From assembly GCA_030704615.1 (NCBI GenBank), contig CM060731.1:15934001-15998000 (forward strand): 64,000 bases of DNA, written 5' to 3'. The stretch comes from Takakia lepidozioides (Eukaryota; Plantae; Bryophyta). The notes beneath the pieces were generated by a model. It made no database searches and was not told the origin of the DNA. It saw nothing but the letters and a program-made list of their open reading frames with translations. Of the stretch, positions 50,028 through 62,169 are shown in pieces. Within the stretch, counting starts at the first letter, position 1. Each line of letters begins with the position of its first letter. Both the position numbers and the translations under genes were made by a program.

Positions 50028-50392
50028 TTAGTCTAGCTTACAAGTACCATCAGTCCCTGGTTCTTAGTGCTCAAACCTGGAACTACTCTGGAATTTCAGA
50101 ACATATCCATGCTAGTTTAATCCTCCATCTCCTCATGTTAGTGCTCACTACCGCTCGTGTGGTAACGCCCTTAGTCTAGCTTACAAAGTACCATCAGTCC
50201 CTGGTTCGTAGTGCTCAAACCTGGAACTACTCTGGAATTTCAGATCATATCCATGCTAGTGCTCACTACCGCTCGTGTGGTAACGCCCTTAGTCTAGCTT
50301 ACAAGTACCATCAGTCCCTGGTTCTTAGTGCTCAAACCTGGAACTACTCTGGAATTTCAGATCATATCCATGCTAGTTCAATCCTCCATCTC
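50000..50392. repeat. Tandem triplication of a ~120-140 bp unit
   Basis: GCTCACTACCGCTCGTGTGGTAACGCCCTTAGTCTAGC...ATATCCATGCTAGT starts at about 50000, 50142 and 50261; the copies are near identical. Confidence 0.9.
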
Positions 50393-50970
50393 CTCTCAAA
50401 ATACAAACACTCAAGTCACGTTGGTTTCATCTCATAACACGGAACATCATGCTTTACTGATCCTCCGTCAACAGCAGGAAAACACAAGTGTGAGAGAGAG
50501 AGGCCTTCCTTTATACATTTTCTGGCCTAACCTGATTTTCCTTCTCCGCCGACTGTTCACGTGCTGATTTGATAACTAGCAAACAGTGGCCATGAAATAC
50601 TACCGTACGGCCGCTGGGTCTTATCCCCCTCTGCGCCGTGGGCCCCTTAGGTTCTGAATTCTGCTACTAACTACGTGGACATTCCTTCGTCACTACATCA
50701 CTAAACTGCCAACTAATGGCCCCATGCCATAATAAAGGGCCACTGCACAGTTTGTCCCCCGTTAGATTTCATCCATTGTTATTCATTCTCCATCCAACAT
50801 ATGGATGATTTCCATCCCGATCACATTCATCCTCGATCCAATGAAAAACACTCCTTCCACTCACCCCAAAAACCCTAGTTTCTTCGCTTGACCATTTCCC
50901 TGTTTGCTCACTCCTCCCGCGGTTTTGTCTCGTCACCTGCTTGCGACTTACACTACACTCTCAGTTCGGG

Positions 50971-53085
50971 ATGGAGACTTTAAGGTCCACGCAGAAGGAG
51001 GACCTACAGTTGCACGCCGTCGTGGTGCCATTCCCAGCTCAGGGTCATATCACTCCACACTTGCAACTCGCAAAGTACCTAAGTAGCTCGCATGGCTTCC
51101 ATATCACCTTTGTCAACACGCTGCACAGCCACAATCGCATGATGCAAGCCCAAGCGGCCCAAGCTGGATCAGAAGCCAAGTAAGTCCAAACGATGAACTG
51201 TACAAAATCGTTGCTTCCTTTCTATTTCTTGTGTGCACACAGTATTGAGCTCGCTTGATCATGCATGATCAATTATTATATGTCGTATTAAACTTCCTAT
51301 GTCTCGATTGATAATTGTTCAACCCAAGCCTCGCCAGATCTGTATATGAATTACCTGTCAAATGGTCCAGGGTTATGGTCCAGGGGTGATTTGAACCGAG
51401 CTACAAACAGAGCGGTAAGTGATTTCCTCACTCTCTCTAACGTGTGGATAGATGTTGAGGACATACCCGGCCACTACTCTTGTAAACCAAGCTTGTTCTG
51501 GACAGTGTAATCACAAGCACGGTACAATTTCTGACGGTGATAATCAAGGCGCATTCATATAGAAAACAGCGCTCGATATTCTTAATGTCTCGTATGGGAT
51601 ATATCATTGATGCAAGCTTTCAATTTTCATATTACATGTCGGTTGTTAATACCTGGGAGCTGTGACTGAACTTGGTATATATTGATCTCGAATCTTTCAG
51701 TTCATTTCTGCTCAATCTTGAGCCTTGGCAGGTCAGATTCACGAATTCGCTTTGTGGGGCTACCAGATGGGTTACCAGAAGATCACCCCCGGACAGCTGA
51801 CATCCCTGGGCTTATGTCGGGATTGGAAGCGTTTCCGCCTGTGTTTCATGAATTCCTGGAGAAACTGATCGTGCTGTCTCATGTCACGTGCCTCATACGC
51901 GATGTGCTAATGACATGGGTACATGAGCCAGCCAAAACCTTGGGCATCCCTGTTGCAACATTTGTCCCACAATCCGCTGTCGCCCTGTATTCTTTTGAAC
52001 ACATTCCCACGCTTGTTGCGGAGGGCCTGTTGCCCCTACCATCTCCATCAGTTTCTTCTCTTTCCATCTCTCCCTTGGATCAATCTGTACGCCCTCCTCT
52101 AAGTATCGAGGAGTCGGCAGCCCGTGCGCGAATGGTCACCTGCTTGCCTGGGATGTCACCGCTGACGCGTGTTGATGACCTGCCCTCGTTCCTTCTCACA
52201 CACGATTTTTCTTCAAGCTATGTTATTCGGTTCGCGCTCACACAGAGAACGCCTCTTATGCATGACTCTGAGTGGGTTCTAGTCAACACGTTCCACGAAT
52301 TGGAGGCTCCCGCCATAGAAACTATGCGAAAGGAGAATTTGAACATCTGTACAGTTGGGCCGCTTGGCCTCTTACCCACGAGTAGCAATGGTGATGCTAG
52401 CAGTGCACTTTGGCCTGAAGATCGGGAGTGCTTACAATGGCTTGACGGGCAGGAGCCATCATCTATTTTGTATATCTCTTTCGGCAGCATCGCTGTGATG
52501 TCCGTAGAGCAGATTAAGGAGCTTGTATCTGGGCTACAAATGAGTCAGCACCCATTTTTGTGGGCATTCCGCCCCGATCTTATTGTAGGTGGCCAGGACA
52601 CCGAATTTCTCGCTTTTTTCTCGGACTTCGTAGAGAGCACTAAAGACCGGGCTCTTATTTTGCCTTGGGTACCTCAGGCGGCGGTGCTCTCCCACCCTTC
52701 GGTGTCGGCATTTCTGACCCACTGTGGTTGGAACTCGACACTGGAGAGCATCTCGAGCGGTGTGCCTATGCTGGGATGGCCATACTTTGCAGACCAGCCA
52801 ATGAACTGCCGGTATGTCGCGGATGTTTGGAAGATTGGTCTAGACTTCGAGAAAGGGAAGGACGGGCTAGTAGGGAGGGAGGAGGTGAAAGCAAAGGTGG
52901 TGGCTATCATGGGAGGGGAGGACGAGGAGATTGCAATGTTGAGGCAGAGAGTGGGATTGTTGAAGGACGCAGCAAGCAAAGCCGTGATGGAGGGAGGCTC
53001 CTCACACAAAGACATTCTGACTTTTGTGCGCGACATGAAGAAGAGGGCGATGGCGTCATTCCACACAAAGTCTAGAGTCTGGTGA
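50971..53085 (+). CDS. Family 1 UDP-glycosyltransferase (UGT85-like), 2 exons 50971-51179 and 51732-53085
   Basis: HAVVVPFPAQGHITP N-terminus and complete PSPG box WVPQAAVLSHPSVSAFLTHCGWNSTLESISSGVPMLGWPYFADQ. The GT-AG intron preserves the frame. Confidence 0.93.
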
Positions 53086-53130
53086 AGCTGTAGGGTAGAA
53101 GCCAATAAACTTACCCAAAGAGGATTGAAC

Positions 53131-53580
53131 AAATGAAATGAAATGAAATGAAATGGTGCTTTATAACGTCGGCGGAAAGCTCATAGAGCTTATGGGACAA
53201 AATGGAAGAAAACATGAGAGAGGAACAAATCCAGAAACCACAATTAGTGTTCTAGCGATTGTCTAAGGGTGAAGGCCTCGTGCAGGTAGGCTGCCAAGCA
53301 TTTTTGATCCTCATAGTGGAAGGCATCAGTGAGAGTTTGGGTGCCACTGAATAAACAGTGGAATCTCCCACGGATCTGGTAGTACAGAGGGAAGTAGAAG
53401 AAGAAGTGTTCTTCAGTTTCAATTTCCTTGCTGCGCCCTATGCAAGCTGGACATAGGCGGTCCTCCCGTTGCAGGTTTTCCCATCTGCCAGTCTCTATCC
53501 GTAGGTTGTGGGAACCCACCCTGAACCGCCCCAATGCCCTCAGGAGGGAAGGAGAGAAGGATGCTGAAAGGTACAAAGAA
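53131..53580 (-). mobile_element. 5'-truncated non-LTR retrotransposon (RTE-X-like) 3' end with (CATTT)n tail
   Basis: RALGRFRVGSHNLRIETGRW...RLCPAC...IETEEHFFF..PLY..IR (LINE ORF2 C-terminal Zn-finger region), a short 3' UTR, and a tail read as (GAAAT)n on the + strand at 53131-53155. Confidence 0.75.
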
Positions 53581-55137
53581 CCATAGTCTTTGCCTTGCTT
53601 TACACTCAATTTATCCTCAGTAGGTACATGAACTCCACTGAAAATTGTTCCAACCACAAAACCATGGGGCACATTTGAATGAGTTTTCCAATGGTGTCTT
53701 TCACCTTGTAAAATTGTTACAATCCAAGTACCAAGAGATGGACTGAACTTATTAGTACTGTTCATGAAAGGAACATACCCATGCCACACATGACATATGG
53801 GTTGCCTCAACGCATTTCCAATAACGTGGGCCCTTGGCGCGCACAATGTCTGGCTGTTCCTCCATTGCCGTGGGGGCATATAGAGAAATTACGTGGATTC
53901 CGGAGATGGAAGTGGGTTCCGTGAATGCCTGTATTAGGGCGCCACAAGTGTGTGGGAAGGCTCCCCCAGAGGAAGAAAGAACTCTATGATGACATGGCGA
54001 TGTGTGGCCTCTGGCCTTGCAGCGTTGGGAAGATGCCGGGCGGCCCCTGCCAATGGAGGCAAATGCTATGTGTGGCCTGGCTATCAGCATTGGCCCCTTG
54101 CTACACCTCTATTTCAAGGGCATAAAATTGAGCACTGCCGACGAGACAAATTTAGCCTATTTGGAGGGCTTTCTAATGATTTGGTACATAGTGCCAAAGA
54201 TACAAATAACTGGAAATTCGACCAAAGCCAGCATGATTAAAAGCTCCTTCTAGGAACTGGACTCTAAAAAGGTATCTAAGTTGTATGCTCATTTATTGTG
54301 GCCCCGAAGCATGCAAGTCTATTCTGACTTGCTATGCCAGTAGAGCTTTGCTCTTTGCATGGGCACCTTCCGGAATCCGGTTGCCTGTGAAACAAAGCCG
54401 CGGATAACGAAACCAGAGAATAGATCTTGGCAAAAAAACGTCCACAGGAGTCTACCCTAGATCATGCTCCCTCGCCACTGCCTCCTTTTTCATGTCACAT
54501 GTGTGTTCATTGATTGTATTGATTAGTGATGGCAGAGCCGTTACAGAGCAGCCGCTGTTATGCAGCTTGATTTAGTCCATAAGGGGCAATTGGGAATGAC
54601 AATGGGACCTAGCTATTGAGTTTGGACTAAAGAGCCTGGTGTACATGTTGAGAAAACCTCTGATCTGGCCAGATGATATCGAATTTGTTCGTGATTCCTT
54701 CCTGTACATATGGTGTCTCTCCTGCAAGAAGAGAATGACGCCTCTCCCAGTAAAGCCCAAATTATGGTGTCTCTTCATCCCAAGGACTACCAGGAACTAC
54801 TGCCTTCCATTGGAAGGTGACCCACTTCTATCCTGCATAACAAGCCATGCTCGTTCTAGCTACATTTCTCCCATTGCAAGAGCTAACCTCGTGAAAGAGG
54901 AGCATTCGAGGCATGCTCAGATCCAGCCTTCAGTTTCCAATACAATGATTTATTTAAATAATATGAATATTTTTCCTCAGTGCGACACACGTGCATAACA
55001 CCCTCATTGCAAAATTCTCACACACTCTTTGCCCTGACAGGATCATTGGATAAATCCAAATTGCTCATATACAAATTCTCTACTCGCTTTAGTCGTATGA
55101 AAAGGTTTGTTCATAAAAATTCACTACTCTAAATGAA

Positions 55138-58100
55138 CTATCGCTTTTGGAAGTTCAGGAATTTGATTGAGAATGCAAACACCGTCCAGAAGAGGCATAT
55201 AAAGCCCACCAAAACTACAGCAGAAACGCCCACCATAGAATGCTTATAACCAAAATAGCCATGAATATAATCTTTGACGGTAATATTCCCAAAGCCTGGC
55301 ACATTCTTGAGTTCATTGGTATCGTCACCCAATTGGGATGTGATCAGGCCATAAAGAGTCCATGCAATTGGATCAATCCAATAGAACCACACCCACCAGG
55401 CAGGTATTCTCTGCAAGATTACCACACGAGTATTCTCTTACAAACGCAACCTTGTGAACACCATCTATTTGTACAAGATTACCATCCAATCTGCATCATT
55501 AGAAAACAAAATACACATCCCAGCACAATGCAAGTTACTTACAGGTTGAGGTATCAAAAAACCGGAGAAGAGGTTCCAAAGAGAGTAGAACCCAGTTGAC
55601 AACACTGCCGCCAACTGCTGTGAAGATGTGAGACCGACAGCCATCATCCCATAGAAGGTGAAGTATGTGAAGGTCAAAAACATAAAGAAAGTGTACCAAA
55701 AGAATTTTGCTGCATTCACAACCATACAAACAAATTTATAAAAACCATCTTCCCATCATATGATTAGTATATTGCATGTGCACCTACAGTTTTACAAAAT
55801 TTTGATTCAGGTTCTAGATTATGGAGCGCCCTATCTTCATTCAGATAAAGTCAGAGCTTGCAGGTTTGGTAAACCTTTTAGCTTGCGTTCACATAGGAAG
55901 ATATCAAGAACAAAATTTGAAAACCATCGTTGTTATTGAGACTTCGTGTGCCTTGGAACTGAGGATAACACATCACTACTAACTGAAAACAAAGCTGTGA
56001 GTGAGTTGCATACCTGCAGTCCATTGGAACTGGATCATAGAATATGTTATGAGCGCATAAACAATTGTTTGCACAAGGACATAAGGGACCTCCACAAGAG
56101 CCTGCGCAACCATATATTGTCCCATGAACCCTGGATGACGTGAGGAACCACTCACTCTATTGTCCCATAAGCTCTTTGAGCTTTCCATGGACGTTATAAA
56201 GTACCATTTCATTTCATTTCTACTACAATGTTGGCATGGTGGGGTATTGACAGAGAAAACTTTGTTACCATACAGCATGCTTAACAACATGAGTGCAGCT
56301 CATAGATAAGTGTCTTGGTTACAAAGCACGCACCTGAGCTGATGCATAAGGAAGGGGTGCATACATGCCCGCTGCCCGTTCTCTGTAATAGACAGTCCTC
56401 TCAACAGCCACTATAGGTTGCACACTAGATGCGTTATTTACTCCCAAAAACAACACAGCGGCATACAATGCTCCCATCACATTGAACAGATCTTGCTGTG
56501 TTGACCTGCAGTCCATCACATGTAATTAAAAAGAGACAGCTGGGTAAATGTGCTCACCGCAACCTTGTGGCCATACATCCAGCAAGTGCAGCACACATAG
56601 GGTAAGACGTTTTTAGTATGGCCTGGGTTACAGGAGCAGAGCAGATTAGTTTCCAAGCCTGATAGTGTTCCCACTCTTAAAGTATTTCACTGTAACACCA
56701 GATTGCCGCACATATTCCACACAAGGTTCAGATCGAAGGAGAGCTACGGAATTTGACGAGTCTCCAGACCATCAGGCTTGAAAGCAAAAAGAAGTTCATC
56801 AACTCATTTTGATGTCAACACATTAAGCGGGAGAGCTACGGAATTTGACGAGTCTCCAGACCATCAGGCTTGAAAGCAAAAAGAAGTTCATCAACTGTCA
56901 TTTTGATGTCAACACATTAAGAGGGCGACTTGTGAAAACCATGTAGACTTGCAGAGTAGATGAATGCCTTTCCCCATTATGATCAGGCACATGGATTCTC
57001 TCTCCCTGGTTGAGTTCTCAGAGGTAAGCAGCCTACATGATCAGACATGATACTGCCTATAAGCTAGACTAGTCTCACTTCAGTGTCAGAAGCTGAGATG
57101 GAGCTTGGAGCTTGGTCAGAGCTTCAGCATGTCCACTTGAATTCTTACAACCTTCAGCCTCAAACTGCTAACAACTCCTCTAGGCACGTTTGTTGTTGCA
57201 AAAGTTAAATGTCAAAACAAGACACAGTTAAATGAACATGTTTTTTTGGTTTTTTTTAACTACTGTTTCAAAAAAACAAATCCTATTTAAACAAAAATAA
57301 TAAGAATCTACGAAAATGTTTAAGGTAGAAAAGTAGAGGATCTGACCTCTTTGAGCCAAGGTCCCAAAATATTGACCCAAAAATGAGTGCACAAATCAAG
57401 GTAAAGAAAAAGCGCACAGAGTTGTAGGCGGGGCTCCGCCAGTAGGTTAGGTTCTGCTTCCATAAGGTTGCGGCAAACTGTGTCATCACATTGCGAGAAT
57501 ACAGAGTTGGAAACTTCAGATCATATGTTTCAGGCACTGGGATGCTCAGCTCTTTGATCAAGGCTTCGTTTCTCCTGCAGCGCAACCAGAATTAGTGCAA
57601 TAAATCCACGGATATAACCATTCAGATCAACCTTCACATGTCACAGCAGCACAAACGTAGCGGCTCGGTAGCATTTGAAACACATCCAGATTATCGAGAT
57701 GTGAATCACAATGAAAATGCCCAAGATGCTTGATCACACTAAGAGATGATTAAGATTTTACGAAGTTTTGCAGCACTTACTGGTATAAGTCAGAATTTTG
57801 AAAGATGTTGGCAAAATCTTTGCCAATCCGCATCTCTATTGCAGTGGTACTAACCTCCAGCATCCATGTTGATGGATTGTAGCCCTCTTTAATTGGAGGG
57901 ATTCCATCAATTTCCTGGTCACACGATAACCTACCTGTTAGTTTCCACCTACCAGCATGAACCCTACCCGAAGTCAACAAGTGAAGAGGCGCAAACTGCA
58001 AATATCTCAACAAAAAGAGTGCATGCAATGCATTATCAAACTGATTCGACCTGCCTTCTGAGACTTTTGAGTGAAACTGAAGATGCAACAACCTCACCTG

Positions 58101-61100
58101 GAAATATTCAACCAAGAGCCTTGAATGCTGCCCAAGAGGACCACCATATATCACTTGCCCACCACGTTTCATCAGCAAAAGCTGCATGGAGCATGAGCAT
58201 TCCAAAACAGTCAAAGAAAACTTCTGCCAGACATGCAAGGACACAGTAGACACAGTTGGAAAGTAGACTGAAGAGAGTATTTCCACAATTTTGTTACCCA
58301 CAAGCATGTCACCCTGGCTTACAGATATAGGACACCGCAGTCCCACACTTCACAGAAAACTTGTTGCCAGATATGCGAGGACACTGTAGACACAGTTGGA
58401 ATGTACACTGAAGAGAGTATTTCCAAATTTTGTAACAATGTTGTGACCCACAAGCATGTCACCCTGGCTAGGACACCCCAGTCACACACTTCTAAGATGG
58501 CCAAGGGCACACCCCACCAGGGACACAAAGCAATTAACCCGCACTTAACCCTCAAGGTACCTTCAGAAGAAGAAAAGAAGCCCTGAGCTGCATACACACT
58601 GGTCCATAGTTCGCTCTCGTGTATTTATCAGAAGTACGGAGGGGGGCAGCCAGTACCTCATCAAAGGCCTCAAAAATGTCAATACTTGGTTGATGTATAG
58701 TGCAGACAACAGTTCTCCCTGTGTCCACTGTATTCCGGACCGTCCGCATGACAATGGCTGCTGCCCGAGCATCAAGACCTGATGTAGGCTCATCCATGAA
58801 AATGATGGAAGGATTGGCCACCAGTTCAACAGCAATAGTCAGGCGTTTTCTCTGCTCTGTAGAAAGACCTGTGCTGCCAGGAAGCCCCACCAGAGCCTGC
58901 CTCAAAGTGCTCAGCTCCACCAACTCCATGACCTCTTCAACAAACGCCTACAGAAGCAAAGGATCATGTGATGAGGAACCTGAAAAGTCATTCCTTCCAG
59001 TAGAACAGAGTAGAATTCCAGCAGCGAAACGAAGCATGCACCAGCAAGTTGAGATTAAAGTGACAGTGCTCTCATATGCATACAAATGAGGGTGATGCTT
59101 TGCTAAAAGTGCACTGCCGCTGTCCATCGCTACGCAGTTACTGGAACTGAAGACCCTGCATCTAAGGAGCACAGAGCCTCGTTCAATGTACTTGTGTGAG
59201 TAGATTACTTACAGAGCGTGTTGCAGTATCGACCTCCGGAGGAAGACGCAGCCATGAAGAATACAACAAAGATTCGTAGACGGTAAGTTGTGGAGAATGG
59301 ATATCTGTCTGCTCTACATACCCGGAGATGCGCGCAAAAGTCTCTTGCACCTTAGGGAAACCAGACACCTTGATCTCACCCTCAATGTACCCACCTGTTT
59401 TCCGTCCAGCAAGTACATCCATGAGAGTGGTTTTGCCTGCCCCACTGACTCCCACCAGTGCAGTCAGCACACCTGGCCTAAATGCACCACTCACATTCTG
59501 CAGCAGCTGCAGTCTGTCAGACGTCACCCCTTCGCCTTTCATTTCCTGTGGACAAGATGGGCCAATAGGTCATGAACACTTTGCCAAACATCTTTATTTC
59601 TATCTATGATTGCTAGACCTTAGTTCGATGAAGCTGGTATCAGTGCTGCTGTAGACAGGGCCAGTTAGCTACCCACCATGCCTTTTATGAAAAACACCTC
59701 CTCCGCTGTAATCAATTGTCTTGACATATGAGCTGGAAACATCTAAAACCCTTATGTAATGGCCTTACTTTCAAGATCAACTTGCATTATTCTTTGTCCA
59801 GGCTCGGAATTCATTATGAGAAATTAAAACATGTTATAGAATCCACTTGGGACCCTAAGGGCCCATGGTACAACAGTGAAACAGAGTAAGGAGCAAGAAT
59901 ATAAAAAAATCCCTACCGGAGGCATATCAACATAATAGTAGACATTGTGGAAAGTTAAAGCCAAGGGCTGAAATGGTAATATCATGCCCTTCTGTGCCTT
60001 TCCCTTGTCATCAATTGTGACATGAGTCTCTGTTACGCCATTTGACTGCCACTTCGACTCTATGGTTCCCATTTGTACTTCCTCTGCAATTGTTCAGTTC
60101 AGTAGCATGCTTCCACCATCAGTAGCTTCACAACAGCTGTTGTAACTGTACCTACCATCATGCTTTAGCTTACGTTGTGCTCAACTTGTGATGCAGAGAA
60201 TTCCTTGCACTAATCTAAAAGAAAAATCATAAAATGTTTTGGCATTGCTGGGCTCTGAATGCCCGTTTGTAGAAGATTATGTATCCTGAAATAGCAACCA
60301 CTTGGAGAAGTTTGGATGTAAAACTCCCATGCCTGCCATAGGTGAAGACCACTCTTCATGAGCAGCAGCAGCAACCTTGTATTTCTAGGTTCCATTGGCC
60401 TTTTGGGCTTCCTTCCACTCTACTCAATTTGATCCGGAAGGAGATTGCAAAACAAATTAAGCGTTGAAGAACAAAATCATGAAGCTCTTTCTTCTTTTCT
60501 TAGTTTTACCTCCCCATCAGAGTTTCCAATCTACTACAAACTAGCAGTGTTCTTGAATACACAACCTACTGCTTTCCAGCCCAACCTCTGCCAGATTGAT
60601 AGTACTGCATACCTCGTTTGTTATCATCACCATTTGAAGTATAAGGTGGAGACAGCGCAGATGGCAGGCTGATTTTTCTTTGAGATTCCTTAGCATCAGC
60701 TTGATCCTTGGACTTCTCTTTCAAAGTTTCTTCGGGAACCATTGCTTGAGGTTTTCCCAGAGCTGGCTCATACAAGGCACAGAAGGTCATTTTGGACAAG
60801 GGATGGAAAACCGGCTACTCCACTTATTGACATGTGGGTAACCACACCAAGCAACAAAATATCAAGAGTGAAAAAGCCTTCCACCTTATTCATTTAATAA
60901 TGACGAGTAACAAAAACTCATATTGAGATATAGCACCAAACAGCAAACATATACTCACGATTGAAATATCCCAGCGCCATTGTGACTAAAATGTTGAAGA
61001 GAATCATGTAGCCAACAAGGGCAGCAGCACCAATCCAGTACCAGTAGCCTCTGGTAAAGAGTCCTCTACTTTTGAGGATGCTTAAATATAACGGCTGTCC

Positions 61101-61947
61101 AGTATATGGACTAAGCTGCAAACACAAACCACCAGCCTGTGAGCTGGAAACACAGTGCCCTTTATCATGGATTGAACATATCACCTGCAGTCAGTTGAGA
61201 CTGCAATCACAAACTTCAACATCATGTTGCAATACACTGCAGAAAAATATTGCTAATATAGAGCAGTTGATCCATCAGAACTCTATCATGTGAACACTTC
61301 TCAGACAAGCTGCTAGTGATGGCCTCAGACCTTATGCCAGCGAGGGGCAAGAAACTCATTCGCAGCAATGGCATTCTGTGCATAAGAAAGAGGAGAAATC
61401 CAATATCCCCATACCCACCAAGGATGTATATCATCTGCAATAGCCAAGCCCAACCAACCTTGAGGCATCATTCACATTGCCAAGTACTACTAGACTCCAA
61501 CAAGTTTCTAGTTGAAAACTATTATATGAGATTATCCTGGTTTCATAGAAATTCCAGTGCAGGGTTCTCTCGTGGCCAACATCAACACATCCATATGGGT
61601 ACAATCTTCATGTTTTCTCCACTCACATTCCAATTCTGGCTATGTTGTGCAACAATGCAAAAATATCTCAAAAGATGAAGAATCAGCACATGCAAAAAAA
61701 GGAGACCCTCTCATGAATAGTGCCATAAAAGCATCAAGCCTGTCATGGACGTAAATCCATGTGCCCAGATTATGAAAGAACCTTACTTTTTGTAATGATG
61801 AAACCACCCAGTAAAAACACAACCAGCAGCGCAAAGGAACCAAATGTGCTGGCTACAACCATAGTCCGTCCAATAGCTCCAATGAGGCGAAATAGTCCAA
61901 TGGCCATTTGATGGATCAGAAACAGCAATAACATGTAACGAAAAAAT
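55138..61947 (-). CDS. Full-size ABCG / pleiotropic drug resistance (PDR) transporter, 3' exons (part of TMD1, NBD2, TMD2); upstream exons beyond 64000
   Basis: [36 protein letters not shown] (Walker A), [71 protein letters not shown], and C-terminus FLNFQKR*. Many GT-AG introns. Confidence 0.95.
56737..56921. repeat. Intronic tandem duplication (~91 bp x2)
   Basis: GGAGAGCTACGGAATTTGACGAG...GTCAACACATTAAG occurs twice in tandem. Confidence 0.85.
58214..58470. repeat. Intronic tandem duplication (~110-140 bp x2)
   Basis: AGAAAACTT..GCCAGA...GTAGACACAGTTGGAA..ACTGAAGAGAGTATTTCC...CACAAGCATGTCACCCTGGC occurs twice. Confidence 0.75.
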
Positions 61948-62169
61948 CTGCCAAAAACAGTCACTGCTTAGAAAGCCAAAAATTTGGCCTGGGGTCCAAT
62001 AAGGGATGAAGGGTGGAAAAGTGAGAAGAAAAAGAGAAAGGAGACGAAGTTTGATGCCGAGCTGACTTGCCTACATTGCAGCCCAGAACAGCCAAGTACA
62101 TCCAATAAATCAGTTGTCTTTAGCCTGGTTATGTTCGGGTGGAACAAAAAGAGGAGAGAGAGGAGGAAA

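Noticed and set aside
53590-55000. Possible degenerate gene or TE fragments between the LINE piece and the ABCG 3' end
   Set aside because: Only short ORFs with no motif I can identify confidently.
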